A DNA stretch of 54,510 bases from a virus. Taxonomy: Duplodnaviria > Caudoviricetes. The position numbers and the translations under genes are program-made. Shown here piece by piece: positions 6,844-13,698 of the stretch; positions within the stretch are counted from its first letter, which is position 1, and each line of letters opens with the position of its first letter. The stretch is taken from positions 1 through 54,510 of the IMG/VR virus record IMGVR_UViG_3300036770_001615. One strand, written 5' to 3'. The notes beneath the pieces are model-generated. The model searched no databases, was not told the DNA's origin, and saw nothing but the letters and a program-made list of their open reading frames with translations.

Positions 6844-7048
6844 GACCCCGGTTTACACTTTTACGTTATATAAAGTGGGCAATTGTCGTAGCCATACGGA
6901 CACGGTAAGATTGTTATAGACCGCAAGGCTCACTATATGGGCGACTTGAGACACACAATCGGGCAGAAGCAAAACTGACCTAGATGCAAATGTTGACGGA
7001 CAGGGTAACAACTCAGTTCGGGGCTAAATGGGATTAGTGGCCGAACAT
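6844..7048 (+). ncRNA. Structured RNA (~200 nt), unknown family
   Basis: Non-coding, GC-richer. CCCCGG/TCGGGG ends, CACTTT/AAAGTG, GATTGT/ACAATC, TATAG-ACC-GCAA-GG..CTATA hairpins. Confidence 0.6.
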
Positions 7049-7061
7049 TTTAATATTACAC

Positions 7062-7601
7062 ATGAAACTTAACGACTACATTTTTGTTAGCAAACTTTTT
7101 GATTCACAAGAATGCGATGAAATAATAAACAAAACCAATCAGTATAAATGGCGCCAACATAAATGGAATGCCTCTAATACAAAGGTTAAGTCAGTAGAGG
7201 AAATCGATAACATTCTAGTATGTAATATTGATCCTTTACTTGAAAGTAAAATATCTCCTAAGTTATTGAACGTATTTGGAAAATATAGTATCCTATTTGG
7301 ACCACATAGTGTTCCAATTCAGTTGACTAATCAATGGGATAATATTAGAATAAACAAATATACAGAAGGTGTCGGTATGAGAAATCATATTGATCACGGT
7401 ATAGATAGGGAACATCCTGTACTTACAATCATTGCGTTATTGAATGACGAATTCACAGGTGGTAATACTTTTATCTTAAATGAGGAAGTATTGCTTAAGA
7501 AAGGTGACTGTGTTATCTTTCCTAGTAATTTTATGTATCCACATGAAATTAAACCTGTAGTGAATGGTACAAGATATTCACTAACTACTTGGGCTTATTA
7601 A
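7062..7601 (+). CDS. 2OG-Fe(II) oxygenase (prolyl-4-hydroxylase-like)
   Basis: HIDH...FTGG...FPSNFMYPHEIKPV..GTRYS. Confidence 0.9.
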   Translation: MKLNDYIFVSKLFDSQECDEIINKTNQYKWRQHKWNASNTKVKSVEEIDNILVCNIDPLLESKISPKLLNVFGKYSILFGPHSVPIQLTNQWDNIRINKYTEGVGMRNHIDHGIDREHPVLTIIALLNDEFTGGNTFILNEEVLLKKGDCVIFPSNFMYPHEIKPVVNGTRYSLTTWAY

Positions 7602-7612
7602 CCCAAAACTGT

Positions 7613-7641
7613 TTGACAAAAAATCAAAAGTAATATACAAT
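7613..7641 (+). promoter_or_regulatory. sigma70 promoter of the ncRNA operon
   Basis: TTGACA-17-TACAAT. Confidence 0.85.
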
Positions 7642-7653
7642 ACGTTGTATTGA

Positions 7654-7683
7654 CGCTGAGAAATCAGCAACGTTCTTTAAAAA
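7654..7683 (+). promoter_or_regulatory. rrn-type boxB-boxA signal, copy 2
   Basis: Identical to 4462-4491. Confidence 0.75.
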
Positions 7684-7698
7684 TTATTAGTATAAAGG

Positions 7699-7930
7699 GA
7701 AGTCTTTATACACATGACAATTAAATGTCAGCAAATGAAAGTCACTATTGTTAGTAGCCGGCCAGCCAAAGCAATAGTAAGCAGTGGGGGGCGCAAAACC
7801 CTAGCAAAACCTAGACACACTGGATGAGTAACTGAAGTGACGTACCGAGTCCTGCCCGGGTTTAATTACACAGGTGAATGGTGCTAATAACGATGGTAGC
7901 ACATTTTAGTTGTCAGTTGTATAAAGATTT
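7699..7930 (+). ncRNA. ~230-nt self-closed structured RNA or domain
   Basis: GAAGTCTTTATAC..TGACAATTAAA pairs with TTTAGTTGTCA..GTATAAAGATTTC; internal hairpins. Confidence 0.65.
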
Positions 7931-7934
7931 CAAA

Positions 7935-8805
7935 GATTGGGGGCATAGCCTCGTTAGAATAAGTGTAGCGATACACCCAAAGCAGAATCCGCCTACAGGA
8001 CTGCACCAGCAATGGTTCATCTATGCAAGCCTGCTCACACCCGTGAGGGTGCGATCACTGATAAGACCGGTGGTTGTAACAATGAAGCAAGTGTGTTGGA
8101 AAGAATGTCTGTTTAAGTCCCCGCAAGGGTAAGACAGGCAGACAGAGAGTAACAGGTGGTGCTGACCTCAACACAAAACCAACTTGTCAATTGGTATGAG
8201 AAAGGGTAGTATATATTGTCCGAAGGGTCGCTCCTAAGGGCGTGTATGCAGTATGAGTGGTTAATGGGTATTGATTACGGGTCAATATACATAAATCGCA
8301 AAATACGTCTGAGTAGTCCGCGAGACAAAAGGAACGTGGTGTGTTGTATTATGTAATCCAAAAGATTATGTAGCAACTGAGGCAGCACATCATAGTAGGT
8401 TCAGTTATAGCACAACGGTAGTGCAACTCCATTTATCCAGGAGTCGGCTGAAGGTTCAAATCCTTCTAACGATTATAAAAACGCAAAGTCTGCCTCGGTT
8501 GTATGTGAAAAGCATCTAACTCTCAGGCCGCAAGGTAACTGAGACTGACGTAACTCGCAAGGTGAAATCAGTTTATGCTAGAAGATTCGTAACGGTTTAG
8601 CGACTGTGAATGGCTCGCAAGGTCAACGGGTAATAAAGCGTAGAGTAGCATATAACGTCAAGTCTACTGCATGACTTTAAACTGCGATGCTGGTAATAGA
8701 CGTAGATACCGCAAGGGTTTACGTGGATATCGGAAGAAAGTATTCTCGCAAGGAATACAATAATGTCCGAGGTATTACTGGCTAACGTGTAATCTCAGCG
8801 TTAGC
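7935..8805 (+). ncRNA. Large ornate RNA, GOLLD-like (boundaries approximate)
   Basis: ~870 nt with no credible ORF; dense GNRA-capped hairpins (CGCAAGG x6); terminal GCTAACG-TGTAATCTCAG-CGTTAGC hairpin; phage tRNA-array context. Confidence 0.75.
8401..8473 (+). ncRNA. tRNA-like domain embedded in the GOLLD-like RNA
   Basis: D arm GCAC-AACGGTA-GTGC, ACTCC-(9-nt loop)-GGAGT, T arm GAAGG-TTCAAAT-CCTTC; no CCA. Confidence 0.75.
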
Positions 8806-8806
8806 A

Positions 8807-8872
8807 TTATTCTAAAACACATTCGCAACCACAAGGTAGTGAAATGTACGAGGGGAGTGTGTTTTAGAATAA
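8807..8872 (+). ncRNA. Stem-closed RNA cassette D
   Basis: TTATTCTAAAACACATTC / GAGTGTGTTTTAGAATAA; shares AAAACACATTC/GAGTGTGTTT with cassette A. Confidence 0.6.
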
Positions 8873-8880
8873 AAAGTTTT

Positions 8881-9140
8881 GGTAGTAGCCGTAAGGTGAA
8901 CTACCCGGAGACAAGAAAGAGATTAGGACTGACGAAACTTATTATTGGACTTTTTATCCAATAATGATCAATACGGCAATACGTCTTGAAAAACGTATCG
9001 TGCTTATGTGATCTAGTCTAAACGGTTTTATCTAACCTTCTTGTACTTTGCTGACTAGGAATATGTAGGCCTCTGTGCTTTGTTAAATGTCACTTGCAGG
9101 TTGCATATTGTAATGTTGGTTACTTACTTTTTTGGCTCCG
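8881..9140 (+). ncRNA. Structured RNA with 7-nt periodic repeats
   Basis: Several hairpins; CGGAG/CTCCG closing pair; TG at 9074, 9081, 9088, 9095, 9102, 9109. Confidence 0.6.
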
Positions 9141-9170
9141 TCACTATTCATTAACATAAAAGGTATTAAA

Positions 9171-9734
9171 ATGGAAATCACACTTCGTAAAGCAAATGCA
9201 CTTCAAAACAACATCAACGATATGTTGAAGTCAATTCAGGTTGCTGATTCAGTTAACCTTAACGAGTTCCAAGATGCAGAAGCCGTAATTGGAACTAAAG
9301 CAGTAGAGGCTACAAAACAATTTCAGCGCCAAGTGGCACTCACCAAAGCATTGTACGATATTCGTACAGAAGTGGCTAATGCTAACCACTTCTCACGTAT
9401 CACAACCATGTTGACTCAAGTTGCAGAACTTGAAAAGTTGATTGGTTTCAATCAAAAAATGGCAGAGCGTAAAGTTCGCCTAGAGGCTGGGGTCATTCGT
9501 GGCAAGTTGGACAAAATTCGCACTGAGGGTCGTTCATTGATCTATGATCGTTACAATGAAATAGAAACTGGACTAACCACTGAAGCAGAGGTTCAGTCAT
9601 ACAAGGATACTGTGGCAAAACTTAAGCGTGAGAAGCAGGCTTTGCAGGATCAAATCTTAGAAGCCAACGTTGGCACTAAGGTAAATCTTAGCGAAACTAC
9701 TGCAAATGTATTGCGTACTGAAGGTTTGCTATAA
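9171..9734 (+). CDS. Alpha-helical coiled-coil protein (DIP1984/DUF6847-like architecture)
   Basis: MEITLRKANALQ...IRTEVANAN...LQDQILEANVGTKV. AAGG SD. Family assignment is inference. Confidence 0.65.
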   Translation: MEITLRKANALQNNINDMLKSIQVADSVNLNEFQDAEAVIGTKAVEATKQFQRQVALTKALYDIRTEVANANHFSRITTMLTQVAELEKLIGFNQKMAERKVRLEAGVIRGKLDKIRTEGRSLIYDRYNEIETGLTTEAEVQSYKDTVAKLKREKQALQDQILEANVGTKVNLSETTANVLRTEGLL

Positions 9735-9741
9735 ATAATAT

Positions 9742-9816
9742 CGTGGGGTGGAGAAGAGGAAACTCACCAGTCTCATAAGCTGGAGATCGCAGGTTCGAGT
9801 CCTGCCCCCGCAACCA
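9742..9816 (+). tRNA. tRNA-fMet-like (CAT)
   Basis: C1xA72 mismatch, CTCATAA loop, CCA; lacks the 3 G-C anticodon-stem pairs. Confidence 0.85.
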
Positions 9817-9817
9817 G

Positions 9818-9892
9818 TCCCACGTAGTTCAAAGGATAGAATAAGACACTCCTAAGGTCAAGATATCAGTTCGATTCTGGTCGTGGGAGCCA
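9818..9892 (+). tRNA. tRNA-Arg(CCT), weak anticodon stem
   Basis: TCCCACG/CGTGGGA, CTCCTAA loop, A20; only 3 WC pairs in the anticodon stem. Confidence 0.75.
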
Positions 9893-9900
9893 AAGTATAT

Positions 9901-9978
9901 GCGGGTAGATTGTGGCAAGGGGCGCCCAGCAGTCTTCCAAACTGATAATGCGGAGTTCGACTCTCCCTACCCGCTCCA
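9901..9978 (+). tRNA. tRNA-Gly(TCC), atypical D region
   Basis: GCGGGTA/TACCCGC, U73, CTTCCAA loop; extra nt before the D stem. Confidence 0.8.
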
Positions 9979-9999
9979 TTTCATGTTGATAAATAAAAC

Positions 10000-10614
10000 A
10001 TGGTAAATTATTTTCATAAAATCAATAAGTTTTATATTGATCATAAAAAATTATATGATGAATGGTACAGTGTGGCTACTAAACATGATATGTTTGAGAG
10101 GACACACCACTTTGTATCCCGCAGAACGTTAGACTATTCACCTTCTATTCCCGTATATTATAAATTATTGATTAATTACCCTACATCAATGGATCAAAAC
10201 ATTGATCCAGTATGGTTAGATAGATCGGAAGATAACGACACTGGTAATGATACTACTTTTTCAATCGACAACATCAATATAAATTTTAAAAATTCATATA
10301 CTGAAACTGTAGTAAAACATATAGATAAGTTTATAACGTCGAAATACAAATCATATAAAACAACAGTAGTAAAATATGCGGTGTTAAGACCTAATTCACT
10401 TATTAATACTCATGTAGATAAAAGGTCTATACCTAGATTTTTCTTAACCGTAAACGCCCCTCAGGGATGTTTTATGGAAGTATGTGGTGATAGGCATTCA
10501 TTAAGTGATACGGGAGCATTATTTAAAATGATATGTAATGCACCGCATAGTCCTATTAACGAAAGTGATCAATTTCGTGTTATGATAATTTTTGATGTTG
10601 CTCCCGCAACATAA
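10000..10614 (+). CDS. Asp/Asn beta-hydroxylase-like oxygenase
   Basis: LRPNSLINTHVD...PHSPINESDQFRVMIIFD. Confidence 0.7.
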   Translation: MVNYFHKINKFYIDHKKLYDEWYSVATKHDMFERTHHFVSRRTLDYSPSIPVYYKLLINYPTSMDQNIDPVWLDRSEDNDTGNDTTFSIDNININFKNSYTETVVKHIDKFITSKYKSYKTTVVKYAVLRPNSLINTHVDKRSIPRFFLTVNAPQGCFMEVCGDRHSLSDTGALFKMICNAPHSPINESDQFRVMIIFDVAPAT

Positions 10615-10628
10615 ATATTACAGAATAC

Positions 10629-10704
10629 GGGCCTGTAGCTCAGTTGGGAGAGCGCCAGCTTTGCAAGCTGGATGTCGCAAGTTCGATCCTTGTCAGGTCC
10701 ACCA
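10629..10704 (+). tRNA. tRNA-Ala(TGC), second copy
   Basis: G3:U70, TTTGCAA loop, CCA. Confidence 0.95.
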
Positions 10705-10710
10705 ATTTTT

Positions 10711-11046
10711 ATGAATATTGAATACAGTATTTTAAATGCTTTGTCATTAGTAGAAATTTATAAACAATATTCTATTCCATGGCTTGATATAACGGATGAT
10801 CCATTATTAAACATAAAATCTTTTCCTAAAGATATAAAGTTTCTAGCAATAGAACAACTGGATAAAGTTCAAATGATATATCAGGATAGATTAGATAAAA
10901 CACAAGAGCAATTAATCACAAACATTAGAAAAGAGTTATGTGAACACATAGATTATTGTGATCCAAGAGCAATAAAGTTTGCGATGTTGTCACTGGATAA
11001 TGATTCCGAGTTATATAATATTTTAGAGCAATACAATACGCTATAA
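10711..11046 (+). CDS. Hypothetical protein
   Basis: ATG 10711 after the tRNA. Confidence 0.55.
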   Translation: MNIEYSILNALSLVEIYKQYSIPWLDITDDPLLNIKSFPKDIKFLAIEQLDKVQMIYQDRLDKTQEQLITNIRKELCEHIDYCDPRAIKFAMLSLDNDSELYNILEQYNTL

Positions 11047-11068
11047 ATATTTCTAAAGGAGTTCACAT

Positions 11069-11200
11069 ATGGCAAAAAGCGCAGGATCTAAGATCAATTC
11101 AGTTGTTAAAAGAACAAAGCAAGGCGGCAAAGTAAAGACTAGTAGCCTTAATAAAACTGAAAAACGTAACTTTAAAAAGTATCGAGGTCAAGGTAAGTGA
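11069..11200 (+). CDS. Small basic protein ending KKYRGQGK (43 aa)
   Basis: TATAAATA 11042, AAGGAG SD; motif common in T4-like phages. Confidence 0.7.
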   Translation: MAKSAGSKINSVVKRTKQGGKVKTSSLNKTEKRNFKKYRGQGK

Positions 11201-11397
11201 GCGACGGTGGTAAGGGTAGCAGTCCTCGCCCATTTAGTGTAGATAGAAAAACTTTTGAAAACAATTGGGATGCTATCTTTGCTAAGAAAAAAGAGGAATC
11301 AACAGAACAAAGCGGGTATAATTCAGGGGTAGAATGTTTGCTTGCCAAGCAAAATGTCGTCGGTTCGAATCCGACTACCCGCTCCAATGATAGATGA
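11197..11397 (+). CDS. Small protein (GKGSxPRP..NWDAIF) whose frame runs through tRNA-Gly
   Basis: GTGA overlap with the upstream stop, ATGA overlap with the downstream start. Confidence 0.6.
   Translation: MSDGGKGSSPRPFSVDRKTFENNWDAIFAKKKEESTEQSGYNSGVECLLAKQNVVGSNPTTRSNDR
11312..11386 (+). tRNA. tRNA-Gly(GCC)
   Basis: TTTGC-TTGCCAA-GCAAA, U73, CCA. Confidence 0.95.
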
Positions 11398-11975
11398 ACT
11401 ATCAATCTCTGATTGAAAGAAATGTATTTTCGCTAATGGATCCATTAGCAGTTCAATGGTTAAAGAATCATTGTTCTACACTTTCATCTGGAGATATAGT
11501 AGTTGAGTTAGGCACTTTTTTAGGTGGTACTATAAAAAGTTTAGCCGAATCTAATCCAAATATTATTTTTCATACTATAGACATTAATGATGCTGAATGG
11601 TGGCATGAAAGAAATTATATCTCAAACGTAAGAAAAGTATCTGGTAATAATTTAATAAATTTTAACAAAGAAGATTATTTGAAAATTCAAGATTTGCATC
11701 TTAATCATTTAATCAATGTTGTTAGACATACGGGTTCTAGTTTAACTTTAACTATACCAAACATATCATTATTAATCAGTGATAGTTCGCATAATGAAGA
11801 ACTAACATATCAGGAACTCAATCATTTTTGGCCTCTAATTAAAAAGGGTGGATCAATAATTGGAGATGATTTTAATAATATGCCGGAAGTTAAACGTGCA
11901 TTCATCAGATTTATAAGAGAAAACAATCTATCTTATTCAAGAATTTATAGTAATCAAATAAGAATTGTAAAGTAA
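11394..11975 (+). CDS. Class I SAM-dependent methyltransferase
   Basis: VVELGTFLGGT...DSSH...GGSIIGDD. Confidence 0.8.
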   Translation: MNYQSLIERNVFSLMDPLAVQWLKNHCSTLSSGDIVVELGTFLGGTIKSLAESNPNIIFHTIDINDAEWWHERNYISNVRKVSGNNLINFNKEDYLKIQDLHLNHLINVVRHTGSSLTLTIPNISLLISDSSHNEELTYQELNHFWPLIKKGGSIIGDDFNNMPEVKRAFIRFIRENNLSYSRIYSNQIRIVK

Positions 11976-11985
11976 TAAATACTAG

Positions 11986-12471
11986 ATGCTATTCATATCG
12001 TATCGTGGTATTTTTGACGGACAAAACTTCGAAAATGAAAATACAATAAACCAAATAGGCACAGCCTTTAATGCAGGTTATTCCTGCATGGTAGATGTTT
12101 GGCGTATTGACGATAAGATATATTTAGGTAGTCAACAACCTCTAGTAGAAGTTACTGCTAGATATATACAAGGCAATCGGTTTTGGCTTAATGCTAGAAA
12201 CAACGACATGCTAATTTGGTTGCAAGCACAGCCAATCAAACTTTATCCAAATTATTTTTCAGTACCTTATCCAACGCCCGATTATGTAACTACTAGCAGT
12301 GGTCATCAATGGGTGTTTGGTAATGTGCCTACAAACAATAACAGTATTATAGTATTACCTGAGATACCTGACAGAGGGTTATTCAGCACTGTTAAGTTGC
12401 GCAACTACGGTATATGTAGTTCTTATCTTTCTTTCATTAAACGCTGGCGCAACGAAGGCGTTTGGTATTAA
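11986..12471 (+). CDS. Hypothetical protein, degenerate GDPD-like
   Basis: ISYRG...EN....A...GY...VDVW pattern. Confidence 0.55.
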   Translation: MLFISYRGIFDGQNFENENTINQIGTAFNAGYSCMVDVWRIDDKIYLGSQQPLVEVTARYIQGNRFWLNARNNDMLIWLQAQPIKLYPNYFSVPYPTPDYVTTSSGHQWVFGNVPTNNNSIIVLPEIPDRGLFSTVKLRNYGICSSYLSFIKRWRNEGVWY

Positions 12472-12917
12472 TAATCAAATCGACAGTATGCATTACTGTC
12501 ACTAGTCTCACTTGCTTCCCAATCTGAGACTAAGGTAAATCCCGCACTACGATAAGTTTTCCAACTTGTTTGTCGTGGGTAACTCCAACATAGGCTAGCC
12601 CCTTCACTACGACCCTGTTCGATAGTCGCAAGTAGCAAATCTCTGCCTATAAACAATCCCCTAAAATTTTCTTTTACATATAATCCACGTGAGCGATAAT
12701 GGTTATCTTTACACATATGACCACTGTTCACTCCTACGATATCTCCATCTAATCTATAACCAAAGAATGTAGGTTCAGTGTTCATGTTGTACATATCATA
12801 ACCACCAAGTAAACACATTGCACTATTAGTTTCAATAGCACTTGTTCTATTTGGCCAAAGTAATGTATTCCATATAGGCAATATTTCGTCAAATCTAATC
12901 TTACATATTCGTGTCAT
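12468..12917 (-). CDS. GNAT acetyltransferase
   Basis: RGLYVKENFRGLFIG...Y.SAGF. Confidence 0.8.
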   Translation of the reverse strand: MTRICKIRFDEILPIWNTLLWPNRTSAIETNSAMCLLGGYDMYNMNTEPTFFGYRLDGDIVGVNSGHMCKDNHYRSRGLYVKENFRGLFIGRDLLLATIEQGRSEGASLCWSYPRQTSWKTYRSAGFTLVSDWEASETSDSNAYCRFDY

Positions 12918-13698
12918 TCAAGTCCTCTAGTTTATATAGAAGTTTGCTCGGGTGTCCTGGTAATAGTAAATCATCAATGTGTGCCCATCTAGTAGTAAAT
13001 GCCATTCTTGGTTCTTTCTTTGTGTCATCTAAATCCATATTACAATTTACACCATGATGCACTTCATTACCATTGACACATAACCCTGTGTTTGCTGTAG
13101 GTCTATATACAAATCCACTCTCAGACCAAAATTCGCCACCTGTGTTTTCTTTTTGATTGTCTAGATAAAATGTAACGCTAACCGCCCTAGCATGACATGC
13201 ACTCTTTGTATTAAAATATTGATCATTCATATCATAATGCACACTTAAAAATCTGTCATATGATAGTATATTTGCATGCCAACGAAATGGTATCCAGCAC
13301 TTAGGATTGTCAGCAAAGGGAGGTTGCTTCTCAAAAAATTTTAAATACCTATAAAATATTGGGTTAGTGTTATGTAACAACCAATTATTTGACCAATCAT
13401 AGACTGTATCTTTAGTTTGATAGAACCACTCTGGTTCAAACGTCAAGTCATAAACAACTTGCTGTTCTCTATTATTTTGACTATGAGACACAATGTGTTT
13501 GTTTTGACCTTCAAAAACAAACGTAGTTCTATGTGTCTTGTATGTGGTAGATTTGTTTGTTTTGAATAAAACTGCTATAGCGTTCTTTAATTTATGAAAA
13601 AAAGGTTCATCAAATACATCTTTGTAAATGTATGCATGAACCTTTTTTTCGAACCAATGAACCGATGCAGTATCTTCAATATACTCAGTGACTATCAT
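12901..13698 (-). CDS. 2OG-Fe(II) oxygenase
   Basis: HYD...GGEF...HHGV...R. Confidence 0.75.
   Translation of the reverse strand: MIVTEYIEDTASVHWFEKKVHAYIYKDVFDEPFFHKLKNAIAVLFKTNKSTTYKTHRTTFVFEGQNKHIVSHSQNNREQQVVYDLTFEPEWFYQTKDTVYDWSNNWLLHNTNPIFYRYLKFFEKQPPFADNPKCWIPFRWHANILSYDRFLSVHYDMNDQYFNTKSACHARAVSVTFYLDNQKENTGGEFWSESGFVYRPTANTGLCVNGNEVHHGVNCNMDLDDTKKEPRMAFTTRWAHIDDLLLPGHPSKLLYKLEDLNDTNM

Noticed and set aside
7878-8132. 84-aa ORF inside the large ncRNA
   Set aside because: The SD is weak, the protein has no recognisable features, and the region is better explained by dense RNA stems.
7935-8805. Group I/II intron, tmRNA, RNase P RNA or rRNA fragment
   Set aside because: There is no interrupted host gene, no recognisable intron core or domain V, no Ala acceptor or tag ORF, no RNase P P4 signature and no rRNA conserved blocks.
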